64,000 nt of DNA from Octopus sinensis (Eukaryota). Positions 1 to 12,005 of this stretch are shown piece by piece; the stretch's first letter is position 1, and every line of letters starts with the position of its first letter. Location: positions 27,838,001 to 27,902,000 of the forward strand of contig NC_043004.1 in the NCBI RefSeq assembly GCF_006345805.1, given 5' to 3'. A model generated the notes under the pieces. It was not told the DNA's origin. It searched no databases and saw only the letters and a list, made by a program, of their open reading frames with translations. The translations under genes were made by a program, and so were the position numbers.

Positions 1-45
1 GCCACAGTCAAAATGACTGAAGCGAGTAAAAGAATAAAAGAATAC
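1..45 (+). mobile_element. 3' tail of SINE family A (truncated by window edge)
   Basis: gccacagtcaaaatgactgaa...gtaaaagaataaaagaata resembles the 3' end of the full copies at 11192-11612 and 26431-26846. Confidence 0.6.
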
Positions 46-176
46 ATGTTTGTGTATGTTTGTATGTGTGTGTGTGTTATCAAGTAATGTAACTAATGTA
101 ATGGGTTTAATTATTTTAATTGATAAAAATTACATCCGTAGTGAGAAGGGAAATCAGTACCTTGATTAATTTGTAG

Positions 177-316
177 TCAAGGAAGTTCGATAATGACAAC
201 TTCAGGATTGAATTTAACAAAAATTCATTAGAAATTGAATGCAGACATGCTGTGGGAAGTGACAACAGTAGACATACATTTTATTGTAATCAGAACCCCG
301 CAGAAAAAAACACACT
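177..316 (+). CDS. Candidate internal coding exon (SRKFDNDNFRIEFNKNSLEIECRHAVGSDNSRHTFYCNQNPAEKNT), product unknown, possibly UPA-domain-like
   Basis: Acceptor aatttgtag (AG 175-176), 140 nt stop-free in unique AT-rich sequence, strong donor GTAAGT at 317; ends in phase 2 and joins in frame to the exon at 550. Confidence 0.55.
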
Positions 317-549
317 GTAAGTAGGTCCTTTTATATTGCCAGCGTAACCGTTCATTCAATGTGCTCTACTCTTCATAACTGATGTGGCGAAATATACCTA
401 ACAAGGCACTTAATTATAGAGTGGGCTCGTTTAAAGAGAATCTAACTAAAGTTTTAACTATATATACGGTGCAGTGATAAGAACTTTGAGCATTTGTTCA
501 AAGGCCCATCTCTATAGATGTATATAACACAGAAGTATCTCTCCTTTAG

Positions 550-779
550 GTCTGTACAGTGGAACAGCAGAATCATTAATATAACAGACTGGGGCCGGAA
601 ACATAAACTACCTGTCAAATAGAGTTATTAACAATGGATTTACCTTATCGTAAAATGGATAATACTGTAAGGATTTGGTGCAAGGGAGATAACAATGATG
701 GTTGTAAGAACAGAAAACAGAAATACAGTTTCTCTGTCGAATTGAGAAGAAAGGAAAACACTAGACATTCCAGTGATAA
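550..779 (+). pseudogene. Candidate next exon: either terminal (LSVQWNSRIINITDWGRKHKLPVK*) or frameshifted, continuing IELLTMDLPYRKMDNTVRIWCKGD...
   Basis: Acceptor ctctcctttag (AG 548-549) is phase-compatible with the exon at 177-316. TAG at 620-622 follows an AAA run; adding one A fuses to the frame of ORF 634+, which stays open up to the microsatellite. The 3' boundary is uncertain (GT candidates at 667, 704, 780). Confidence 0.4.
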
Positions 780-799
780 GTTAATATACATTTGGAATA

Positions 800-3086
800 T
801 GTATGCATGTATGTATGTATGTATGTATGTATGTATGTATGTATGTATGTATGTATGTATGTATGTATGTATGTATGTATGCATGCATGTATGTATGTAT
901 GTATGTATGTATGTATGTATGTATGTATGTATGTATGTATGCATGCATGTATGTATGTATGTATGTATATATGCATGTCTGTATGTATGTATGTATGTAT
1001 GTATGTATGTATGTATGTATGTATGTATGTATGTATGCATGCATGTATGTATGTATGCATGCATGCATGTATGTATGTATGTATGTATGTATGTATGTAT
1101 GTATGTATGTATGCATGTATGTATGTATGTATGCATGCATGTATGTATGTATATATGCATGTATGTATGTATGTATGTATGTATGTATGTATGTATGTAT
1201 GTATGTATGCATGTATGTATGTATGTATGCATGCATGTATGTATGTATGTATGTATGTATGCATGCATGTATGTATGTATGTATGTATATATGCATGTAT
1301 GTATGTATGTATGTATGTATGTATGTATGCATGTATGCATGTATGTATGTATGTATGTATGTATGTATGTATGTATGCATGTATGTATGTATGTATGTAT
1401 GTATGCATGCATGTATGCATGTATTTATGTATGCATGCATGTATGTATGTATGTATGTATGTATGTATGCATGTATGTATGTATGCATGCATGTATGTAT
1501 GCATGTATGCATGTATGTATGCATGTATGTATGTATGTATGTATGTATGCATGTATGTATGTATGCATGTATGTATGTATGCATGCATGCATGTATGTAT
1601 GTATGTATGTATGTATGTATGCATGCATGCATGTATGTATGCATGTATGTATGTATGCATGTATGCATGTATGTATGTATGTATGTATGTATGTATGTAT
1701 ATATGCATGCATGCATGTATGTATGTATGTATGTATGTATGTATGTATGCATGTATGCATGTATGTATGTATGCATGTATGTATGTATGTATGCATGCAT
1801 GCATGTATGTATGTATGTATGTATGTATGTATGTATGTATGCATGTATGTATGTATGCATGTATGTATGTATGTATGTATGCATGTATGTATGTATGTAT
1901 GCATGCATGTATGTATGTATGTATATATGCATGTATGTATGTATGTATGTATGTATGTATGTATGTATGTATGTATGTATGTATGCATGTATGTATGTAT
2001 GTATGCATGCATGTATGTATGTATGTATGTATGTATGTATGTATGCATGTATGTATGTATGTATGCATGTATGTATGTATGTATGTATGTATGTATGTAT
2101 GTATGCATGCATGTATGCATGTATTTATGTATGCATGCATGTATGTATGTATGTATGCATGTATGTATGTATGCATGCATGTATGTATGCATGTATGCAT
2201 GTATGTATGCATGTATGTATGCATGTATGTATGTATGTATGTATGCATGTATGTATGTATGTATGTATGTATGTATGTATGTATGTATGCATGTATGCAT
2301 GTATGTATGTATGCATGTATGTATGCATGTATGCATGTATGTATGCATGTATGTATGTATGTATGCATGTATGTATGTATGCATGTATGTATGTATGTAT
2401 GCATGTATGTATGCATGTATGTATGTATGTATGCATGTATGTATGTATGTATGCATGTATGTATGCATGTATGTATGTATGTATGTATGTATGTATGCAT
2501 GTATGTATGTATGTATGTATGCATGTATGCATGTATGCATGTATGTATGTATGTATGTATGTATGCATGTATGTATGTATGTATGTATGTATGTATGTAT
2601 GTATGCATGTATGTATGCATATATGTATGTATGTATGCATCTATGTATGTATGTATGCATGTATGTATGTATGTATGCATGTATGTATGTATGTATGTAT
2701 GCATGTATGTATGTATGCATGTATGTATGTATGTATGCATGTATGTATGTATGCATGTATGTATGCATGTATGCATGTATGCATGTATGTATGTATGTAT
2801 ATATGTATGTATGTATGTATGCATGTATGTATGTATGTATGTATGTATGCATGTATGTATGTATGTATGCATGCATGTATGTATGTATGTATGTATGTAT
2901 GCATGTATGTATGCATGTATGTATTCATGTATGCAAGTATGTATGTATGTATGTATGCATGCATGCATGTATGTATGTATGCATGCAAGTATGCATGTAT
3001 GTATGTATGTATGTATGCTTGTATGTATGTATGTATGTATGCATGTATGCATGTATGTATGTATGTATGTATGTATGTATGTATGT
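800..3086 (+). repeat. ~2.3 kb (TATG)n microsatellite interspersed with CATG variant units
   Basis: Directly visible; explains the MYVC/HTYI ORFs in all six frames. Confidence 0.99.
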
Positions 3087-3199
3087 ACGTACGCACGTAC
3101 GCGCGCGCGCACACACACACACACACATATATAAAATCCCAAAAAGCGGAAAAAAACACAAGGAAAAAAACAACGCGAACGTGGTACATGCGAAGTATT

Positions 3200-3362
3200 A
3201 ATACATACATAAATGCATGCATACATACATACAAACATACATACAAACATACATACATACATACATACATACATACATACATACATACATACAAACATAC
3301 ATACAACATACATACATACATACAGACAGACAGACATACATACATAAATACATACATACGTA
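3200..3362 (-). repeat. (CATA)n tract, inverted relative to the 800-3086 array
   Basis: Directly visible, after a ~110 bp spacer. Confidence 0.95.
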
Positions 3363-3384
3363 GCATATATAGTCAAAATAACTA

Positions 3385-4080
3385 TGGTAAGCTAGACTGA
3401 TTTATCAAATTGGCTTGCTCTAGCATGGCCGGATCTTGTAGGATGAAATCATTGAATTGGCAGGTCAATTGCTTGGGAAGAATTATATAGAAGCTTTACA
3501 CAAACCGTTTCAAGGATCATTGACCGTCGAAACTGTGATATGGACCAATTCTACATAAAAAGAGATGAAGTGGGCGTAAGCTTGAGATCTGTGCAAACAG
3601 CCTCCGAATATCGTATGGTCTCTCTCTCTGACTACACTCTGCCAAACAACAGCAGTCAATAATAAATATATAAGCTTAGTGCTGCAAAGCGAAGAGAACA
3701 ACATCCTACATGTCGACAGAGAGCTTCTCAGGAAGCATTCTTCCTGACGACGTCCCATACAACCTCAAAACAGCTGGACAAAGTTCAAAGAACATCCGGA
3801 TGGGAAATGCTCAGCCAGCCAAATATAGATTATTCATGGATTAAGACATTAAGTGCAGCCTTCTTTGGATTCATGTAAGCTGCATCACACTTTGCAATCC
3901 CAAAACAAGAGATTACTACGAAATACCGAATACTGAAGCACTTGGAGTTCCAAAAGGCAACCGAAAATGTAGATTATCTCATATTTCTGTGTAAGACATT
4001 ACATATATGGTTAGCAACATCCCAAAATTGCTATCAAGGCGATATTTTCCAATATGATATGACATAGCAGCTAAAACACC
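3385..4080 (+). mobile_element. Decayed R4/Dong-like (RLE-type) LINE, post-RT region
   Basis: Translates in part to IDRRNCDMDQFYIKRDEVGVSLRSVQTASEYRMVSL, paralleling SDVDRLHLKRNQGGRRLTSIQNVFECRIISL at 37535-37750; a degenerate zinc-knuckle-region remnant lies near 4010-4080. Confidence 0.6.
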
Positions 4081-4084
4081 AGGT

Positions 4085-4225
4085 TGTGTTAGGCACATGT
4101 GCGGCTGTGTGAGTAAAAAAACTTGCTTCTCAGTCTTGGCTACATTCCCACTGGGCGCACTTAGGACAAGTGTCTTCTTCTATACCTTAGGGCTGACAAA
4201 AATCTTGCGATTGGATGGGTGTATA

Positions 4226-4271
<46 letters not shown>

Positions 4272-4420
4272 TGTGTGTGTATGCTTATGCTCGTGTTGTG
4301 TTTGTCTTCCACCTGCGAGTGACAACCGTAACTTAACAACGGTTCGACGAAATGAGCACCAAATCTAAACTGGGGTCGATTTGTTTGACTAAACCTTCCA
4401 ATGCTATCGGAGAAAAAAAA
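4085..4420 (+). mobile_element. Degenerate SINE family A
   Basis: ggctgtgtgagtaa...gtcttcttctatacc...(GT)n...ggttcgacgaa...ggggtcgatttgtttgactaaa follows the layout of the full copy. Confidence 0.55.
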
Positions 4421-4692
4421 AGAATTTTCTTGGAATTAAATATAGAGAATCTATCTGTTAGTGAAAATATACATAAACGTCAATACAAACAATATTGATG
4501 AAATATAACCATCAAAGCTTCTAAGAAATGCAAATATAACAGGTCAAATATAAATGCTAGGGAGACAAGAAAATAAGTACCACCGAAGTGCTCAGCTGCC
4601 CGCTGTATTTGATATCTACATTCTTGCGACGGTGTTTTGTATCTTCCATTGAAACCGTTTCCTTCCTGATAGGGAACATACATTCTCTCTGT

Positions 4693-4743
<51 letters not shown>

Positions 4744-4838
4744 CATCTCTGTTTATATTAATAATAATAATATGGCAACAAAAGAATGAATGGGACCTCG
4801 ATAATATATAAATAGAGGAATTTATCTATAATATAATA

Positions 4839-5035
4839 TGTGACAATTAGTCGGGTGCCATAATAAAACTCAGAGTTTCGGATGTCGAGGCGGAAGTCTG
4901 CTCCGGCATCTTGTCAGTTATTAAGACAAACATAACATTTTTATTTGTCTCAATAACTGACGAGATGCCAGAGCAGACTTCCGCCCCGACATCCCAAGCT
5001 CTGAGTTTTATTATGGGAACCGACTAATTGTCACA
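4839..5035. repeat. Foldback palindrome (MITE-like), ~95 bp arms, very short loop
   Basis: tgtgacaattagtcgg...agacaaa pairs with tttgtct...ccgactaattgtcaca, with scattered mismatches. Confidence 0.9.
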
Positions 5036-5077
5036 CACACACACACACACACACACACCACACACACACACACACAT

Positions 5078-5281
5078 TCTCTCCTTCTTTAACTTGTTTC
5101 AGTCATTTGAATGTGGTCATGCTGGAGCACCACCTCTAGTCGAACAAACCGACGTGTTGACCTATTTTTTGTAAGCCTAGTACTTATTCTCTCGGACTCT
5201 TTTGCCGAACCGCTAACTTATGGGGATGTAAACACACCAACATCGGTTGTCAAGCGACGGTTGGGGGACAAACACACAGAA
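5078..5281 (-). mobile_element. SINE family A, 3' half
   Basis: Reverse complement matches the tgtttgtccccc...atgactgaaacaagt segment of 11192-11612. Confidence 0.8.
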
Positions 5282-5819
5282 ACATACACACACACACGAT
5301 GTTTAAAAAATATCCTATTACATTTTTATAATTAAATATCAGGAGTTATATTAAGAAAATTGTTTAAATATTTTGTAAGGTAGAAAAATAATCGATTTTT
5401 TGCACATAATTTCTTTATATCTAAATCTTACAAGGACCCACAAGTAGCATGTGGATCTCAGTTGTATACTAGGAAATATTTTTAAAAGAATACTTAATTA
5501 AAAAATAAATTAGTGAAAGTTGACGGAAGAACTATTGTATGGGAGATAACTCGTACAGGTAAATAATAAACGTCTTATAAAAAGGGAAGAGTTATATCCC
5601 TTGTATAATATTTTCAGCGAAAAATGCAAAATGTTAGAAATTTGTAAGATGTTTTTAGTACATTATCTACTTATCTGTCTCTTAATTAAATAATGGTGGG
5701 ATTGTTGCGATTTTTCTCATTTTTTTAAAAAACTTTTATTGCCGAGCGAAACAACATACATAACAGAGTGGAAAGTCATTGTAAAAGACTACATAAACGC
5801 TTGTGCTCGTACATAAACA

Positions 5820-5922
<103 letters not shown>

Positions 5923-5942
5923 ACACTTATGTATGAACAATC

Positions 5943-6361
5943 GGACCTATTCGGTTTGAACGGCAGTTTTTAACATAATTTCTAGGTAACTAAAAAATTT
6001 TAAACTTCGTATACTGGTAGAATGTGTTTATAAAACATCTTTTTCTCTTGGCTTTATTGAGAAAATTCTATAGTTTTTAAGATATTTATTGTTGTTTTTT
6101 TTTCTTCAATTTCTGCAATTTCAACCAATCACTGAGGTAAAAAAAAACATTCTGTGCCGTATGAATATGTCCCTCGTTTAAGAAACAGATTGGGTTTATT
6201 TACATTTGTGAAGAAAAAAAGATACCCTTCCCCCACCCCTAACCCTAACCCTAACCCTAAAACAGATTGCAATGCAATAGATCGATACTAGGGTCATAAT
6301 TATGGGTGACAATTTCATCTGACACCGCTAGAAAAAACTGCCGTTCAAACCGAAAAGATTC
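5943..6361. mobile_element. Non-autonomous DNA transposon (Merlin-like MITE) with ~28 bp TIRs and 8-bp TSD
   Basis: Left ggacctattcggtttgaacggcagtttt and right aaaactgccgttcaaaccgaaaagattc; gaacaatc is duplicated at 5935-5942 and 6362-6369. A second copy lies at 15076-15478. GG-starting TIR plus 8-bp TSD fits Merlin (inference). Confidence 0.8.
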
Positions 6362-6439
6362 GAACAATCTGTTTCATGATGGAGGGGAAATAGGCACCAA
6401 AACTTTTACTGTCGTTGCCTGAATGCTGAGATCAACGTA

Positions 6440-6765
6440 GTGGTAAAATCGTCAGCAGGTTGGGCAAAATGCTCTGTAGAATCTCTGGTAGCTTTACGTT
6501 CTGAGTTCAAATTCCGCCGAGGTCGACTTTATTGCTCATTCTTTCAGGGTCAATAAAATAAGTATCAGCCGAACACTGGGGTTGATGCAATTGACTATCC
6601 CCTTCCCACCAAATTCCAGGCTTTGTGCCTATAGGAGAAAAAATTATTATTTAGGCGACCGGCTGGGAGAATTGTTAGACCGTCGGAAAAATGCTTCGCG
6701 GTATTTTTCATATTGTTCTAAATTCAAATCTCGCCGACGTCGACTTGCCGTTCATCCTTTCGTAT
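6440..6765 (+). mobile_element. SINE family B, partial copy plus internal fragment
   Basis: acgttctgagttcaaattccgccgaggtcgactt core shared with 28384, 40194 and 41693. Confidence 0.8.
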
Positions 6766-6769
6766 TAGC

Positions 6770-6995
6770 TGGGCACTGTGATCATTCAACTAAACATAGA
6801 GGGGACAAACAAGGACAGACAAACGGATTAAGTCGATTATATCGACCCCAGTGCGTAACTGGTACTTACTTAATCGGCCCCGAAAGGATGAAAGGCAAAG
6901 TCGACCTCGGCGGAATTTGAACTCAGAACGTAGCGGCAGACGAAATACGGCTACGCATTTCGCCCGGCGTGCTAACGTTTCCGCCAGCTCACCAC
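6770..6995 (-). mobile_element. SINE family B
   Basis: Reverse complement of the ggcg.gagctggc.gaaacgttagcacgccgggcgaaatgc... head and body. Confidence 0.9.
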
Positions 6996-7009
6996 CTTTA
7001 TTCATTATC

Positions 7010-7996
7010 TATTTTGCGCTGATGAGAAGTATGAAACTGGCAAGTCTTGGCAATTTCTTTAATGATGATAAGCAAACTCTCATTTCCTCTCGTTAATAGT
7101 CTGAAGATTTGTTCTCTTTTTGCACTTGATGTTGGTGAGAGTAGAAAATCCTAATTTGCATAACTATAATGTTGAAAAATACAGTAAGAAGTAATTTGAG
7201 CTTTTTCGAAAATCGTCATTATACATTCGAAAGAGTTTCCTTCTCTGATCTGCAGTTCTAACAATCTTTTGAAATAACTTATAGATTTACCTTGTAAATG
7301 AGAGTGCTTGGTTTTAAAATGCTTGCTCAGTTTACTAGGAACCAATAATTCGTTTGACATTTTGCATCCACACATTAAATATAACAACAAAGGATCATCT
7401 ATGTTTCCAGTCCAATGAAAACCAAATCCTAAATAACTTTCATCATATTTGCAAGTAGACCACGCTTTGGCTCTCTTACTGGAACTGTTTCACTTCCGGA
7501 ATCACATTCACGTTTCTGTTTTAGAAATCTATCCATTTGCATGGGTGTATTATTGTATATTTATCTGAAACTTTTATCTGTCGTTTACCTTTAACAAATG
7601 TAACATTAAAGATTAAAGTTTTAGATGGTTAGATAGATATATCAGTGACAAGAATATGTGTCACGAAAACACGTTGCACTATCACAACAGAACCTATTAC
7701 TGCTGCTGTCACCGCTACACTACAGCGCGGCATTAGCCGCACTTGCTCATCAGTACAAAACTCGTTTGAACGAGCGAGTTTACATCGTGTATAAAATCTT
7801 CTTCGGGAAACTAGCTGTTCCTTGCTGCAAATCTTACCGCTCTTAACATAATAATAATGATCTACCGTGAAGTACATTTCAATGCTGAAGTAAGGATATA
7901 ATGTACTATAAATTAATTTTTTATCATCACAAATATCTAACTAGATCGTAGAATTTCGTGGGGCACACCTAAGCATGTCTCCTTTGAGAACCACTG
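7010..7996 (-). mobile_element. hAT (Charlie/Buster-like) transposon, 5' end with decayed transposase N-terminus
   Basis: Terminus CAGTGGTTCTCAAA on the minus strand (7996-7983); ORF 7151-7390 CGCKMSNELLVPSKLSKHFKTKH matches the C..C...MKPSKL.RH..TKH BED-finger motif of Charlie/ZBED5-type transposases. Confidence 0.75.
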
Positions 7997-8608
7997 TGTT
8001 ACAGGTAGTCAACTATTGATGAGATGGCAGTATAATCCGACCACTGTCATTACTTGTAAGTCCTAGACTGGGCGGTGATTTGAGAACACTTATACCATAC
8101 TAGTCCATTGCATCGCGACATAGATTGGTTATCGATTAAATCGACCTTGTCTTGATTTGAACTCAGAATGTAATGAGTCGAAACAAATACTTCAAACTAA
8201 TCAATCTGACGCTTAAACAATTTTACCAAATTATTTCCCAGTGTCTGTAATATTTCTGATTTGAAAATATTTTTTCCCTTCCTCTTATCGAGCCAATTTT
8301 TACCACTCATAGTAATTTGAAACTCAATTAATTCTGTGTTGTTAATTATACAGATTCTTGAAACCAATCTCCTGTCATTTTGCAGTCGCAGACATATTTA
8401 CTAATGTATTTAGCACTTAGGTGTTAAGTTCTTTCAAACTACCCCCAACATATTGCTATGAAATCAATATTACAATAACACCACGTTTCATCGTATCAGT
8501 AGTGCTATATATACATCAGCTTTGCAGCAACTTCACACCTTATACAACCGGCAATACTATACATCAATAGTACAGCAGCATTACAGTAGTGAAAAGTACT
8601 GGTAGTAA

Positions 8609-8641
<33 letters not shown>

Positions 8642-9115
8642 CTATGTTTGCGTGTATCTTTATATATTTATATGACAGTCTGTCGAAATCTTCCAGGCCG
8701 AGGTTCGAAGTCACTTTTACCCCGCTTCTTGCATAAGTTTAATAAACATATTCTCTACTAAAAAGTATTGAGTAATTCTCCAGTTTAATGTTAAACTGTT
8801 CACATGTATTTAACTTGACATGCATGCGCTCACGCATACGCACATACACACACAAACACTCACACACACACACACACACAACACACACACACACACACAC
8901 ATACACACACACGCACAGGTGTTTCTTTCCGTTTCTGCTTACCAAGTCCACTCACAAGGCCTCGGGGCTATAGTAGAAGGCACTTGTCCAAGGTGTCTCA
9001 CACGAGACTGAACCCCCTACACTACACAACCACGCCAACGCCTATACATACATACATACATACATACATACATACACACACATACATGCGTACATACATA
9101 CATACATACATACAT

Positions 9116-9179
<64 letters not shown>

Positions 9180-9242
9180 GAGTTATAATCCAAGGTAGGA
9201 CCTTGGGAAGCTCATCTGCATACTTACATTAATCCAATGTAT

Positions 9243-10090
9243 AGTAGTAGGCATCCATCGGTCTTGAGAGACCATGGATCTGCGCCCAAAGAAATCGTAT
9301 CAGCTGCTGATGGCGGAGCAGCATCGGTTGTAACTATACAGGCCCACACGAGAGTAGCAGTCACGCATACAGCGACTGCATTTGAAGGAGCTCTCTGCCG
9401 GAGCTATTGGTTTTTCCTTCCGTCGAGTGTGCTTTTCTTTGGTGGCAAGTTCCTGTTTTTCTTCCCCTCGTTTCATCTCCTTTCGCAGTATTTGTCTCCA
9501 GTGTGGGCGATCCTCTGTGACTTCCTTCAATCTCAGGATGTCCAGATCAAGCGACTTTCGTATCTTTATTGCAGACGTGCTTGAAACGAAGCTGAAGTCG
9601 TCTTCGTGCTCTTGTGCCGGAGGCCAATTCCCCACACAGGAGGTCTTTGGGGATTCTCCCATCTGGTATGCGACATATATGATCGAGCCAGCGCAGATGA
9701 CGCAGCTGGAGCAGGGTGAGTATATTGGGTATCTTGGCACAGTTGAGGACTTTGGTGTTGGTGATGCAGTCGATCCACTTGATATCCAAGACACTTCTCA
9801 GATTACGAAAGAGGAAGACGTTGAAATACCGCTCCTGTCTGGGGTAGAGGCTCCACGTCTCACTGCTGTAAAATAGCGTACTAAGGACGCAAGCTTTATA
9901 GACAACAATCGTGGTGTTTTCTGTTTTCCAAGACTCTCTTTATGAACCTGGCAGATGTGGAGGATGTTCGTCCAATTCGCCTGTTGATCTTAGGGTCCAG
10001 GGAGAGGTCATCAGCAATGGTAGAGCTGAGGTAGATGAAATCATGGACTACCTCAAATCCACAGCCACACCTATACATGATCGAAGAAAG
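9243..10090 (-). mobile_element. RTE-clade LINE, 5'-truncated, frameshifted
   Basis: FIYLSSTIADDLSLDPKINRRIG; LRHLRWLDHICRIPDGRIPKDLLCGELASG; C-terminal zinc finger FKCSRCMRDCYSRVGLYSYNRCC; short (ACT)n tail at 9243-9250. Confidence 0.9.
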
Positions 10091-11191
10091 GATGTTGTAA
10101 CGAACAGAGGTAAACTTTGTAATGAACTACTCAACAAGTAATTAGGAAGGAAAATATTGCACACGCACAGAGAGAGAAAGAGGGGGGTGGAAAGAAAGAT
10201 CGAAAGTGTTTTCATATTGTATTCTTTTCATAGGGGATAAAATAATGGTTGGTTGTGTTATCCCATACCTTATTTTTAAAGTCTTATCAACCATTAATTA
10301 ATGTGTGGAATCATGGTTAATGACAGAAAGGTAGATCGAAAAAGAAACAGAATAATTGTAAGTAAAAAGAAAGAAAGGGGAAGAAGGAAGGCAAGAGATG
10401 AGGATGAGAGCTAAACGGAAGCAAAAACTAGAGGACAAAATTAAAAAAGTAAATAACAGGACATTAATATGATAGACGATGTGAAACAGAATGAGATGGA
10501 AGAAGGAAGGGGAGAAGGAGAAGGAGGATGTGAGAATGAGATATAGCAGGAGCAGGGTATAAGAATGTTAGAAGTAGGGGTTGGAGCAATAGGAAATAAA
10601 AATTGAGGGAAGGAAGAGAGGGAAGGCAGTCGGAGGAAGAGTGTGTAATGTGGTGAAAGTTTGGTCAACGTTGTTGTTGATCGGTTCAATGTTGAAGCTA
10701 AATTGGTTGAATTAAGTATTCCCAGGTGAGTTCAGTTGCCATTAGCCATGTGTTCCCACCCCTCGTACATTTACAGCAAGAGTCATCATCTCTAAAGATG
10801 GCTACTATATCGCTGATGCATCATCAAAATGTCAGCCATGCCACGAGATTTACATCTCCAGTTGTCTGCAATGATGATAAGCCTGTGTGAAAGACCTGGT
10901 GACAGAGATTGTTATCTGAAGTACAACATTCACCAGGTTTACAATGAAGTGTGTGCGTTGGTAGGTGCCAACGGTGATCAAGGAGAACAAAATCAAAGCG
11001 TTCCAGCTATAACTACGTTGTCTGTTTAATAGTGTAGAGGACAAATGGGAAGCCAACAGGGACTGAGTACTTTCTGAGGAAAGTTTTTTCTCAAAAATGC
11101 TAAGATTAAAACATGTTTTATATGATACATTCTACCAGTGTTTAGTTACAAAAATTATTTTTTAAATCTGTACGTCAAAAAGGTAAAGATA

Positions 11192-11612
11192 GGCGCAGGA
11201 GTGGCTGTGTGGTAAGTAGCTTGCTAACCAACCATATGGTTGCGGGTTCAGTCCCACTGCGTGGCATCTTGGGCAAGTGTCTTCTGCTATAGCCTCGGGC
11301 CGACCAATGCCTTGTGAGTGGATTTGGTAGACGGAAACTGAAAGAAGCCTGTCGTATATATGTATGTATATATATATATATGTGTGTGTGTGTTTGTGTG
11401 TCTGTGTTTGTCCCCCTAGCATTGCTTGACAACCGATGCTGGTGTGTTTACGTCCCCGTCACTTAGCGGTTCGGCGAAAGAGACCGATAGAAGAAGTACT
11501 GGGCTTACAAAGAATAAGTTCCGGGGTCGATCTGCTCGACTAAAGGCGGTGCTCCAGCATGGCCGCAGTCAAATGACTGAAACAAGTAAAAGAGTAAAAG
11601 AGTAAAAGAGTA
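11192..11612 (+). mobile_element. Full-length tRNA-derived SINE family A (CORE-like central domain, internal (TA)/(TG) tract, (GTAAAAGA)n tail)
   Basis: A-box-like tggctgtgtggtaag, B-box-like ggttcagtcc, ttgggcaagtgtctt central domain; many copies in the window. Confidence 0.92.
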
Positions 11613-12005
11613 TATCCCAATATTTCAACACATTGTTGACTTTTGGCCTCCTTAATAGGCATGGTATGATTTGTTATTAAAAAAATATATAATCAGATTC
11701 AATTAGATGTTTAATTTTTTCAGTGTTCATGCTTATAATTTTTCAGTTTTGTATGATTTATTATAAAAATATTATCAGATTCAATAAGATGTTTAATCTT
11801 CTCACTTTTCATGTTTATTAACTTTTTTCAGTTTCCATGTTTGTTAATTTTTTCATTTTTCTTTTATTTTATTGAGGGTTAAAAATTTTTTTTTTTAGTT
11901 GGGAGAGATAACCAAAACTACCGATATTTTTCATAAAACGTGGGGAGATGACCCAATTTTTTAATGGGGACGAGATAGCCAAAAGGTACTCTTGATAAGG
12001 ATAAA

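Noticed and set aside
634-3400. Very long ORFs (up to 871 aa) on both strands
   Set aside because: (TATG/CATG)n contains no stop in any frame; MYVC/HTYI repeats are an artefact. The same applies to the ORFs at 13672-15100, 21600-23840, 29336-31414, 47822-48325, 53953-54405 and 60751-62085.
6237-6260. Telomere or chromosome-fusion site
   Set aside because: Only four units, internal to a TIR/TSD-bounded element that is present twice in the window.
11192-11265. tRNA-like sequences (also 12396, 12988, 26431, 28064, 35255)
   Set aside because: Only A/B-box heads without a full cloverleaf, each continuing into a multicopy SINE body; not tRNA genes.
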